Of a stretch of DNA of 64,000 nucleotides, positions 37,771 to 46,663 are shown piece after piece. The translations under genes were made by a program, and so were the position numbers. The notes under the pieces were generated by a model, which worked only from the letters and a program-made list of their open reading frames with translations, was not told the DNA's origin and searched no databases. Position 1 is the first letter of the stretch; each line of letters begins with the position of its first letter. The stretch covers positions 124,001-188,000 of the IMG/VR virus record IMGVR_UViG_3300044700_000691, one strand, 5' to 3'.

Positions 37771-39303
37771 TTAAATATTTTTTTCCGAGTCTAATTTATT
37801 ATCATCACTAATTTCAAGCCATTCGCGTCTAACTAAAATAAGTTCAGTTGAATATTTAAATTCAGACGCTTCTGGGCTTCCATTAAATTCATATATTATA
37901 TCTTTTACAATATATGGTCCAGTCAAGTATAAATCAATTACTTCCCCTGATCCTTTGATTGAGGTGACGGGTTGTTCAAAGTTTGAATCTGGCGCAATTG
38001 CATCTGCTTCACCTGATAATTGTCTCTTAATTAACACATCAACTTTACCACCTCGATAGATAGCTTGAGTTACTCCAGGCAGCTTAACAACCAAATAATT
38101 TTTTCCAAGTTCATCAGTATTATGGCTATTTAGTAATCTAGCAAATTTATAGTTTGCATGGCCGTTATTATAGTCAACTCCAACCCACCTACTAGTTTGT
38201 TCCTTTGAAAATGTAGCAAGCTTGGGTTTTTGATAAGTAGCATTTTTATTCTCAATTGTTTTTTCGCTCAATGGCTCAATATAGTGATTGATTGGCAGCT
38301 TATTTTCTAAATAAAACTTTCTATCGTGCCACGTAATACTTTTCCTAAAGCTTTGTTTTGATAAAACCTCGCCGTGGTTAGAATACATTGCATAGTGTGC
38401 AATGTTGAATCCAGAATGGGTGTCCGTGATTGACGAAGATAATAGTACATCGATTAACTCTGTGTCTTTAGGTTTATCGTCTTTTGATTCAGTCTTACTT
38501 ACACTATTGACTGCACTATATTGAGACTCCATTCCATCGCCGGCTGTTTGCATAACTTTAGTTTCTTTGCTAAGGGCTTTTTCATAATTAACAAAATTTA
38601 AAATATAATTAGTGTCGATAAAACATCCAAAAAAGCTCTTTTCGTTTTTATAGGCTCTAGCACAAATATCTTGTATGAAAGTTTCAATCGTTCCGTTTGG
38701 ATTAATCCAAGTCATTAGATCATCAGTTGAAGTTTCGTTTGTTGCAAAACCTAATTTTAGGTGATCGGCCAAACTTTTTAGTGCCTCCCATGATTTCTTT
38801 TTTGGAATACTTTGTACAGTATTTCCATATATTCCAGGAACATATAGCTTTGCAGTAATTGTATAGATACTTTCAATGCGGCCTGCTCCAGTGTAAAGTG
38901 TACTTAACTCAGAGCTTACAATATTAGTAATTAAATAATCAGATCTAATTGGTTTTATTGCTGGCGAAAGGGACTTTATGTATAGTTTTAAAATAGGGTT
39001 GGTTCTTGGAAAATACATTCCAGAAAATACTCCAGTATTATCAATAACACTTAGCGTCAGCTCTGGCAAAAATCCATTTTGATTTATAGAAAGAGACACT
39101 AGCCTATTTTGTGGAACAACATAGTTATCAATTTCAACATAGGGTGCAATCAACCCAGTTACAGTTTGAATATTTGCGTTATTTGCGCGCTCGGTGGTTA
39201 CTTCTGACTCTGACTCAAAACTTTCTGGATTTATATGAGAAATCCTTCTAATTTCTAAATTAGGTTGAGTAATCGCTAATATTGAATTTGGATCCAGTGC
39301 CAT
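37771..39303 (-). CDS. Putative baseplate hub protein (gp27-like)
   Basis: 510 aa, between the gp53-like gene and the spike. Has a beta-rich C-terminus (LTGPYIVKDIIYEF..YSTELILVRREW) like hub proteins. Confidence 0.55.
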   Translation of the reverse strand: MALDPNSILAITQPNLEIRRISHINPESFESESEVTTERANNANIQTVTGLIAPYVEIDNYVVPQNRLVSLSINQNGFLPELTLSVIDNTGVFSGMYFPRTNPILKLYIKSLSPAIKPIRSDYLITNIVSSELSTLYTGAGRIESIYTITAKLYVPGIYGNTVQSIPKKKSWEALKSLADHLKLGFATNETSTDDLMTWINPNGTIETFIQDICARAYKNEKSFFGCFIDTNYILNFVNYEKALSKETKVMQTAGDGMESQYSAVNSVSKTESKDDKPKDTELIDVLLSSSITDTHSGFNIAHYAMYSNHGEVLSKQSFRKSITWHDRKFYLENKLPINHYIEPLSEKTIENKNATYQKPKLATFSKEQTSRWVGVDYNNGHANYKFARLLNSHNTDELGKNYLVVKLPGVTQAIYRGGKVDVLIKRQLSGEADAIAPDSNFEQPVTSIKGSGEVIDLYLTGPYIVKDIIYEFNGSPEASEFKYSTELILVRREWLEISDDNKLDSEKNI

Positions 39304-39872
39304 TATTTAAATATTTTTGATTCAATTAGGTTTTTTAACACATTTGATCTTGAAATTGGGGTAGGACAGTCCTGTTTATTAACCTTTGTAACATCTGCAC
39401 CAAATATAACCTTTCCATTTTGAACTTTAATATTTTTATCGTTAGGCAGAGTCAAATTTGGCTGCGTCAAACTTGTTCCAAGCTTCTTTAAATATGAAAG
39501 TCTAGTTGAATCCCTTTTTGTAGCTAAAATTACGTTCGGCAAAGCTTTAACTGTGCCCTTATCTATAATATCTTCGGTTTTAACGAAATATGCATCAGGT
39601 GTATTTGGAACCCTAATTAATTGATCTCTAACCAAACTAAATGGATTTGATATACCATTATATTTACACAAGATATCTGCATAGTTTTCAGTTCCATAAT
39701 ATAGAATTGATATTAAATCTGGTCGCATTTCTTCAATAGGATCAACTTTATGTAAAGTATAGTCGCTAGTTAACTGCTTACTATCAAACCTAACTGTACC
39801 TTTGCTAAGGATTTTTTGAGTAAAACTTCCTGAAAAAAATGGTTTATTTGATATAGTTTTAAATAATAACAT
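39303..39872 (-). CDS. gp53: Baseplate wedge protein gp53-like (LysM-like)
   Basis: EEMRPDLISILYYG..YADILCKYNGISNPFSL..IRVP. Confidence 0.85.
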   Translation of the reverse strand: MLLFKTISNKPFFSGSFTQKILSKGTVRFDSKQLTSDYTLHKVDPIEEMRPDLISILYYGTENYADILCKYNGISNPFSLVRDQLIRVPNTPDAYFVKTEDIIDKGTVKALPNVILATKRDSTRLSYLKKLGTSLTQPNLTLPNDKNIKVQNGKVIFGADVTKVNKQDCPTPISRSNVLKNLIESKIFK

Positions 39873-39888
39873 GGTTTACTTTATATTT

Positions 39889-41700
39889 TTATCTAGATCC
39901 GCCGACTGTACCAACTTCAGGCGGCACATAGAAGTATACGTCCTTTAGAAATACTGCGCCTTCTCCGTCCGCTGTGCCTGCGCCATATCGATTATTTAAC
40001 CAATTTGCAACTTGTCCTTGTCTGGCGTCGCTTGCGCTCTGCTTTTTCGGCTCCTCCGTGGTTCCTCTACTAGCTAATTCCTGACCTTTATTTTCTATTC
40101 CGTATGTATTAGCCTGATCATATGTGTGTCCTACAAATGTTTCAACATAATCGGTTCGACCTAAGTTAAACGTTTGTCTAATATCAGCACTATCTCTTGG
40201 TCTGGTTGGAGAAAGAGTTACTGTAAATTTTAAATCAATTGGAAAATCTTCTGGACCCAATTCTTCGCCAAAATCCAATGAACAGCTTCTAACAATAACA
40301 TCTCCAATTCTCATAATTGGATTCATTGGGTTGCCTATTGTTAAGTGCCAGTTCCCAGTTGGCATGTCTGGAACATTTGCTCTCTGTTGAACAAATGCAG
40401 GAAAACTGTCGGCTAGTGCCTTTGTTATTTCAACATTAAGAGCTGCCTCCATGGAAGCTTTGTCTGCTGCTGACATACCTTCATATGGGTTAACATTAAA
40501 ATCACCACTTAATACAGATTTAGCAGTACCCACTACTACATTGGTAGCAGTCTTTGCCAAAGCCGGCGCTAATTTGCCTGCCAATTTTAAAATTGAACCT
40601 GCCCTGGCCTTGGCGATATCGGTAAATGCAGCAAGTAACTTATCTGGATTTAATCCGCCTGAAACAAAGGCACTTTCTAGTAGAGCCTGTTCAGTTGGTG
40701 CAAGTGCAAGTCCTAGTTTTTTATAGTAGACGTTTAGTGACTGCAACCATTCTCCATCAGAATAGGTTAAAGCTAGCATGTTTGCAATAATGTCTAGTGC
40801 AACTCTTTTTTGACTCATCCCAAAATACGAATCAGTTTTATATTCAAATATAATTACCCAATTGGCATCTTGAGCAGTAGTCGAAAGCCCTCTATCCCTA
40901 ATTAAAAAATCTTTTTTAACATTAACTGGACCTTGTATTTGATTAAAAAAGGCGCCATTATCTGCCCATAATCCCTTTAAATAAATTTGTTCATTTTCTT
41001 CAATTTTAGCCCTACCGTATTGGTCAGCGGTTCCGCCACCAGCTATTCCATCTGCCTGATTTGCTAGATTTTCTACCGCTGCTATGAGAGCTTTATTCGC
41101 GCCGCTTGCACTTAAACCTTTAACTAGGGATTGTGTAAAATTAGTAACATTATTTCCCGCAACTTCCTTAGGCGCAGTGTCCTTTTTTGTCCAAGCCAGC
41201 GACCATGTACTTTGCCAAATTTTGTTTAGGTCATTACCCGTTCCAGCCCCAAACCAAGTTACAGCCTGTGCGACTGGTATATTTTGAACCGGTTTTGCTC
41301 TTTTAATTGCAGCATCGTCATTTGATGCTAACGGAAATTTTCTAAGGGTTATAAGTCGGTTGTTTGGCACAATTCCATACCATTTACAAAATAGGAAATC
41401 TGACCATGTGTATGGCGAGTTTTTTATGCCATACTTACTATTATCTTGATTGACTGGAATAGTTTTAGCCCAGTCAACAATAGCAGATGCAGTTGGATTA
41501 CTAATAATATGAGGCGCGGCCCCATGTCTTGAACTTTGATTATTGGATGAATAGGTTGATTCATCAATTATATCAACTCCACCACTATACTTAAACACAT
41601 AAAATGCATTAAATAGAGAAGTGGCTCCGCCCGATGACTGTGGAGCACCGGTTTTGGTATCTATAACTGGAACTTCTTGTCCTTTACTGCCTGTTGCCAT
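39889..41700 (-). CDS. Putative baseplate tube-cap/initiator protein
   Basis: 603 aa. The C-terminal WHLTIGNP..DVIVRSCSLDF..PIDLKFTVTL resembles tube-fold gp48/gp54-type proteins, and the gene sits in the baseplate context. Confidence 0.5.
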   Translation of the reverse strand: MATGSKGQEVPVIDTKTGAPQSSGGATSLFNAFYVFKYSGGVDIIDESTYSSNNQSSRHGAAPHIISNPTASAIVDWAKTIPVNQDNSKYGIKNSPYTWSDFLFCKWYGIVPNNRLITLRKFPLASNDDAAIKRAKPVQNIPVAQAVTWFGAGTGNDLNKIWQSTWSLAWTKKDTAPKEVAGNNVTNFTQSLVKGLSASGANKALIAAVENLANQADGIAGGGTADQYGRAKIEENEQIYLKGLWADNGAFFNQIQGPVNVKKDFLIRDRGLSTTAQDANWVIIFEYKTDSYFGMSQKRVALDIIANMLALTYSDGEWLQSLNVYYKKLGLALAPTEQALLESAFVSGGLNPDKLLAAFTDIAKARAGSILKLAGKLAPALAKTATNVVVGTAKSVLSGDFNVNPYEGMSAADKASMEAALNVEITKALADSFPAFVQQRANVPDMPTGNWHLTIGNPMNPIMRIGDVIVRSCSLDFGEELGPEDFPIDLKFTVTLSPTRPRDSADIRQTFNLGRTDYVETFVGHTYDQANTYGIENKGQELASRGTTEEPKKQSASDARQGQVANWLNNRYGAGTADGEGAVFLKDVYFYVPPEVGTVGGSR

Positions 41701-41763
41701 TTAGTTAATCCTTTTTATTATCTATTTGTGACAATAAAAGAGTTCGTATGCGGAGGTAATGGA

Positions 41764-42483
41764 TTATCCGTGAAACGGATCGAGATCTGGATTAGGAATC
41801 ATTTTCCAGCGTCTTTCTAGGTTCATGCCTTGGCCTCTAGCTAATTGAATCTCTGTTGAGTGATCTTTAATTGCATTTAGTGCACCAATATAATCACGTC
41901 GATCAACAAACGATTGAACATAGTCAGCAACATCATCAGTTAAAGAAACTCTATAAACAACTGGATGGCGCTGTTGATTAAAGCTGCAGCGCATCATCAT
42001 CATATTTAGCTGACCATTGTATGCTTGCATTACGCTCTTTCGGGTCGGGGCAGTTTCATCAGCAAGACCTAAATCATGGATTCTATCTAATTGATTTAGG
42101 TAATTATGATCAATATTTTCTTTAGTAAAAGATTCTACACCATGACAATCTGCAATACCAAAGTACCAACTAGCTGGCTTCTTTGCTTCATTTAAAAAAG
42201 AAGAAAAGGTTAGTACTCTACTTTCAGGCAACGGCTCATTTACATCAATTAGGTCTAGATCTGCATCGCGAAGATCGTAAATCTCGTCAAAGGTTGTACC
42301 TTCGAACTCAATAGGTTCTTCTAAATCGACCATGTATAAAGTTTGATCTGGTGCATAGTCTAATCTATAGACTTTGCCAATAGTAACAATTTTATTATCA
42401 ATTGGGGCGCCTACCAGATTGAGACGGTCCATTGTATCTTTAGATAATCTAAGCTTAACTTTATCGCCGATTTCAAATGCCAT
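41764..42483 (-). CDS. Two-domain hypothetical protein (SH3/KOW-like N-domain; internal targeting-like motif)
   Basis: FEIGDKVKL at the N-terminus; RVLTFSSFLNE-AKK between the domains. Confidence 0.75.
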   Translation of the reverse strand: MAFEIGDKVKLRLSKDTMDRLNLVGAPIDNKIVTIGKVYRLDYAPDQTLYMVDLEEPIEFEGTTFDEIYDLRDADLDLIDVNEPLPESRVLTFSSFLNEAKKPASWYFGIADCHGVESFTKENIDHNYLNQLDRIHDLGLADETAPTRKSVMQAYNGQLNMMMMRCSFNQQRHPVVYRVSLTDDVADYVQSFVDRRDYIGALNAIKDHSTEIQLARGQGMNLERRWKMIPNPDLDPFHG

Positions 42484-42484
42484 T

Positions 42485-42751
42485 TTATGATTTATAGATT
42501 TTTACAACCAAATTACCATCGCCTTTAATTAGTCGATGCCAATCGTGCTTTTTAATATTTATTCGATTGGTTTGATTTAACTCTATAGGTAGTGAGTTAT
42601 CTAATTGGATTTTCCAGCCATTACCCTCAATCAATTCAAGAGCACGATCTTCATCATCCCTATGCCATAATAGTTCAATTGGATCCACTGCTTGGGTGAA
42701 TTTTCGTATTACCCAGTTATCACCAGATGCTATATCTTTATATGGATGCAT
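42485..42751 (-). CDS. Small cupin-like protein (start probably ATG 42751)
   Basis: WHRDDEDR and WHRLIKG His motifs spaced like a cupin. The ATG directly follows the upstream stop. Confidence 0.6.
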   Translation of the reverse strand: MHPYKDIASGDNWVIRKFTQAVDPIELLWHRDDEDRALELIEGNGWKIQLDNSLPIELNQTNRINIKKHDWHRLIKGDGNLVVKIYKS

Positions 42752-42752
42752 G

Positions 42753-43229
42753 TTACCTAGTCTTTTTGACATCTGCCCAAGATTTACTTGGACCTGCCGC
42801 ATTTACTCTAGCCATTGCCCATTGATGAGCAGTCATTCCTGGTCTGGAACCAGAAGAGTAGAATGCACCTAGACCTTTGGAATATTCTCGTTTTAAATCA
42901 GCAAACGAATAACCCTTTTTAGTAGCAACTGCCCTAATTTTAGCTAGGGTTTCTTTGCTAAGGTTAGAAGATTTTTTCTTATCCGCCTCAGTTACCTTTG
43001 AATCAGGTCTTGGCGTATTTTTCCAACCAGATTTCTTTCGTTCAGCGGCCTCCATCTCATCTCTAAGTTTATATGCAGCATCCTTTTTACCGCTATCTAA
43101 TAAACTCTTCGCTTTATCTAGCTTTTTATCTCTAGAACTTCCTTCTGGGGCTTTATATTGAGCTGGATTTTCAAGAGTCGACTTTTTCTCAAGTAAACTT
43201 ATGTATTCATTAAATGGTTTTACGTACAT
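42753..43229 (-). CDS. Conserved phage hypothetical protein with N-terminal targeting-like motif
   Basis: MYVKPFNEYISLLE at the start. C-terminal GSRPGMTAHQWAMARVN is recalled as DUF5824-like (unverified). Confidence 0.75.
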   Translation of the reverse strand: MYVKPFNEYISLLEKKSTLENPAQYKAPEGSSRDKKLDKAKSLLDSGKKDAAYKLRDEMEAAERKKSGWKNTPRPDSKVTEADKKKSSNLSKETLAKIRAVATKKGYSFADLKREYSKGLGAFYSSGSRPGMTAHQWAMARVNAAGPSKSWADVKKTR

Positions 43230-43232
43230 CGT

Positions 43233-43520
43233 TTATGACTTTTTATTTAGTTGGCGCTTTACCTCGGCTCTAACCTTTTCCATCTTTTTAGCATAGGCTG
43301 GATTATCATTACGATTAAATACAATTTGCTGGTTAAGGCTACCTGTAATTTTTCTCATATCGCCGCCTCTAGTTTTAATTAACCATGAAGCTAAGGCTTT
43401 GATTCCAAGGCTTTTAAATCTACCATTTGCATCAGGGGCATTTGAATCGTGCCAATCTGGTGAGTTTTTGGTTTTTCTTGCCTCTGTAATAAATTCTGTG
43501 TATGTAAGTATATTATTCAT
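43233..43520 (-). CDS. Basic hypothetical protein with N-terminal targeting-like motif (start probably ATG 43520)
   Basis: MNNILTYTEFITE-ARK. Confidence 0.75.
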   Translation of the reverse strand: MNNILTYTEFITEARKTKNSPDWHDSNAPDANGRFKSLGIKALASWLIKTRGGDMRKITGSLNQQIVFNRNDNPAYAKKMEKVRAEVKRQLNKKS

Positions 43521-43524
43521 ATAA

Positions 43525-44052
43525 TTACCAGTACCCCGGATAAGTTTTACCGCCCCAAAGATGAGCATATCGATTTATTCGGCAAGCCCAATATCCAGCT
43601 TTGGTTTTGTCTTTCTTTAGGTGACATTGATGTCTAGCTGCAAATGATGCTCTAGCCTTTGGATTGCTTACCTTTGCGGTAAGGCCTCCATGGATATCGC
43701 CGAATGCAATTTTAATGATTTTGCCAGTTTTTGGATTTTTAACGTAGACATGATACTTTTTAGCACCACCTCGTTTTGGATAGTTTAGGTCAACTTCTCG
43801 ACCTTTATATTCAGCCTCATTAAGTTCTTCAATTGGAAAATCTAGTGGCACTGGCTCCCCTAAATATTCTCCAATAAAACCTAAATCAGTTTTTATGAAT
43901 AATTCCTCTGTAATAGAATCAAATGTAACCCCATTTTCAAAATAAAACCTAGCCTCAGTTAATAACGAAATATGTGCATCACTGCCCGGCCTAAAGGCGG
44001 ATTCGGCAATACATATATTTTCATTTAAATGATACTGTAGATTAGGCGACAT
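43525..44052 (-). CDS. Conserved phage hypothetical protein, basic C-domain with His/Cys cluster
   Basis: LNE-AEYKGREVDL..KKYHVYVKN..FGD..SFAARHQC..GYWAC. Confidence 0.75.
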   Translation of the reverse strand: MSPNLQYHLNENICIAESAFRPGSDAHISLLTEARFYFENGVTFDSITEELFIKTDLGFIGEYLGEPVPLDFPIEELNEAEYKGREVDLNYPKRGGAKKYHVYVKNPKTGKIIKIAFGDIHGGLTAKVSNPKARASFAARHQCHLKKDKTKAGYWACRINRYAHLWGGKTYPGYW

Positions 44053-44066
44053 TTAATAATTAGATT

Positions 44067-44411
44067 TTAGTATTCCTTTGGGTCTTCTTGAATTAGTTCC
44101 TTATCTTGAGAATCGTTAACTTCATTAATTAAAAAGTTAAATACCTCTTCTACGTCATCTTTTGATGTAGCAATATGGTCAGCTGCCCATGCGTGTCCGT
44201 TTTTCAAAATTTCATCAACACTAGACTCGTCCATTTCTAATAAAAGATCAACACATCTTTTAATTGTTTTAAGATTTCCAAAAAACATATAATTTTCATA
44301 TTCAGCTTCATGTGAATCTTCTTTGCTGTGTATTGGTTCAGCTGCTAGTTGAATTTGAGTTGGCTCGAAATCTTCTTGTGAAAATGATTCGAAAGTTTTA
44401 ATTTTTTGCAT
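44067..44411 (-). CDS. Hypothetical protein with N-terminal targeting-like motif
   Basis: MQKIKTFESFSQE; NGHAWAADHI. Confidence 0.75.
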   Translation of the reverse strand: MQKIKTFESFSQEDFEPTQIQLAAEPIHSKEDSHEAEYENYMFFGNLKTIKRCVDLLLEMDESSVDEILKNGHAWAADHIATSKDDVEEVFNFLINEVNDSQDKELIQEDPKEY

Positions 44412-44412
44412 T

Positions 44413-46026
44413 TTACTTTTTATTTAAATTTTTATAAAAGCTAGTAAAGTCTAAAATATTTCTATTAGCTTTTTTAGATTTCTTTGGTTGAAAATTATCA
44501 CCAGAACCTGGTGAAGTTTGAGTTGGCGCAATTGGATTACCCATGCCGCCGATACTTGCTGGTGTTTGCATTGCTACACCTGGTGATGCAACATCCTCTT
44601 TAACTTGACCGGATCCAACTTTAGTTGCTCCTTTAATTTTACTTTGTGGTGCATCTAGTCCGCTTTCTGCACTTGTAAATAAGAAGCGTGTCCACTTTTC
44701 AGCTTTTAATTGAGCCTCTTTACCACCAGTCACCTTGGCAGTTCTTGAAATGGTTCTTCCAATAATAGGTAAAGTTGCTTGTCTAAATCTTGCGAGTTGA
44801 GCTCCAAGATTCTTTTGCTCTTCTCCTTGATATTCGACAGTTGCCGATAGCGTACCAAGATAGGTTCCAATCTTTAGTAGATAATTAATTCGGCTGGAGT
44901 CTAACATTTGTTTAGACGTAATTGCAATTTTAGTTCTTTCAAATAGAGGAAGCTTAATTTCTGGAGAATAGGCAACTCCCTTATAACGACTTATGTCAAG
45001 GTCAGTTTTATATTTTCCAAGACGAGTCCTTGCCTCTAAGTATGCCTCAATTGCCTCAACCATATATTGTTTCTTGGCCGAATCGTCGAGAGTCTGTAAC
45101 ATAGTTCGACGTTTTGTAATAGCATCAATTTCGCCTCGCTCATCCGTCATAATCATAATACGAACTTTTACAAATTGAGACTCTAATGTATTTAGGTCTG
45201 GCCAATTTCTAAGTTCTTCGATTGCATTTCTAATAATAACGTCACGTTTAACTAATTTCTCAGCCTTACCGCCAGTTCGCTTATTAAAATCCTCTGACGA
45301 TTTCTTGAAGTCGTCAACATCATTATCCATTTCCGTTTGAACTTCTTCCCATTCAACATCAATAATATCTGGTTCAGGCTTCTTTTTATCCTCATCTTTA
45401 TTTGAAAAGTCTGAAATAATATAGGCTACCTTTACCGAGTCTTCTGCTGTTTTTCTAAAGTCTTCAGAATCTGCAGTCGTACCATCCATTTTTTCCTTGG
45501 CAGAGCTAACTAATGTTTTAGTAACCTCAGCTTCAGTTTTCTTTTGATCAGTAAATGAAATTTTAATTTTATCAAGCAGGTCATTAACCTCGGCTGTCCA
45601 ATTGCTCTCCTCAATGGTTTGATATGCTTCCCATACAATAGCCATTCGACCTTTGTATGCTCGTATTCTCTCTAACTGTAATTCAATGTCTTCGCCATCT
45701 TTAATCATTTGATCAAGAACTTCGGTTTCAATTTTTAAAGTTTGAGAAATAAAATCAATATACTTATTTAAAATATCAATCCATTCTTTATTAAGAAAAG
45801 CTTGGCTTAATTGCTGAAGAACCTGAGGATCAGTCTTTGCCTTATTTAAAATATCATTTTCGATAAGTCTTGATAAAAACTCATCGACCTTCTTCATGAT
45901 ATCCTCCTCCTTTTTATTGGAGCCTTTGGCAAATGTGATAATATCAGAAATTTCATTTCCAATAATAATTAATTCAGATTCTAATAGAAGCTGTTCGAGG
46001 ATATGTATGTGTTTAAATTTCAGCAT
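44413..46026 (-). CDS. Large helical hypothetical protein; putative internal head protein
   Basis: N-terminal LEQLLLE-S and C-terminal NILDFTSFYKNL; 537 aa. Confidence 0.75.
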   Translation of the reverse strand: MLKFKHIHILEQLLLESELIIIGNEISDIITFAKGSNKKEEDIMKKVDEFLSRLIENDILNKAKTDPQVLQQLSQAFLNKEWIDILNKYIDFISQTLKIETEVLDQMIKDGEDIELQLERIRAYKGRMAIVWEAYQTIEESNWTAEVNDLLDKIKISFTDQKKTEAEVTKTLVSSAKEKMDGTTADSEDFRKTAEDSVKVAYIISDFSNKDEDKKKPEPDIIDVEWEEVQTEMDNDVDDFKKSSEDFNKRTGGKAEKLVKRDVIIRNAIEELRNWPDLNTLESQFVKVRIMIMTDERGEIDAITKRRTMLQTLDDSAKKQYMVEAIEAYLEARTRLGKYKTDLDISRYKGVAYSPEIKLPLFERTKIAITSKQMLDSSRINYLLKIGTYLGTLSATVEYQGEEQKNLGAQLARFRQATLPIIGRTISRTAKVTGGKEAQLKAEKWTRFLFTSAESGLDAPQSKIKGATKVGSGQVKEDVASPGVAMQTPASIGGMGNPIAPTQTSPGSGDNFQPKKSKKANRNILDFTSFYKNLNKK

Positions 46027-46445
46027 TAGTCTAGGGTTAATCTGTATGCAAGTTTATTCTTTAATGATAAAAACTCGTCTCTTACATTGTATAATTCAGT
46101 GTTTGTTTCTTGATCAAATATTTCACAAAAATCTTGTTGAAATACTCTTTCGATATTTTGAATAAAAATTGGCATTGCTTGATCGTAGTCCATAACTAGA
46201 ATTGCGCAGCCTCCAACTTTAAATCTGCCAAATTTACCAATGATCTGTTCAGCAATTTCATCAACTAATCCTAAGAAATCATCATAAAATGCACCAAATG
46301 CATTGTGTTGAGCTTCGTTTGTAGTTTGCCAATGTAAAATATGAGCCTGGTCTCTAATTTGCAGTAGACTTAACATAAATGTAGATACATCCATGGCATC
46401 AGTCTGTGGCTCGTCTAACCCGCTTTGTAATTCAAATGGAATCAT
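46026..46445 (-). CDS. Dps/ferritin-like four-helix protein (start probably ATG 46445)
   Basis: QAHILHWQT..AQHNAFGAFYDDF..LVDEIAEQ matches ferritin-like HxxHW...H...Y...D..AE. The ATG overlaps the upstream stop (ATGA). Confidence 0.7.
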   Translation of the reverse strand: MIPFELQSGLDEPQTDAMDVSTFMLSLLQIRDQAHILHWQTTNEAQHNAFGAFYDDFLGLVDEIAEQIIGKFGRFKVGGCAILVMDYDQAMPIFIQNIERVFQQDFCEIFDQETNTELYNVRDEFLSLKNKLAYRLTLD

Positions 46446-46621
46446 TTCTTTGTAGTATGTTTTTTCCAATCGGCGAATGGTTTAATCCAAAAGGTCCGAT
46501 TAGTTTCCTTTTGTAAAAGATCCATAATCTTATTGTCTCCACTTGGATGCTGCATAACTGCATTTTCCAATCTGGCTTTACCCTGAAGATAAGCTTTGTA
46601 GTTTTTCTGAGAAGAATTCAC
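46442..46621 (-). CDS. Small hypothetical protein, 59 aa (not in the track)
   Basis: GTG 46621 to TGA 46442, 19 nt after a late promoter, with an ATGA overlap into the next gene. Confidence 0.6.
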   Translation of the reverse strand: MNSSQKNYKAYLQGKARLENAVMQHPSGDNKIMDLLQKETNRTFWIKPFADWKKHTTKK

Positions 46622-46640
46622 AAGTTTCGCCCTTTTAGGA

Positions 46641-46648
46641 TATTTATT
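46641..46648 (-). promoter_or_regulatory. Late promoter-like AATAAATA
   Basis: Heads the minus-strand run 46621 to 41764. Confidence 0.6.
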
Positions 46649-46663
46649 AGAGCAAGGCTAGAC

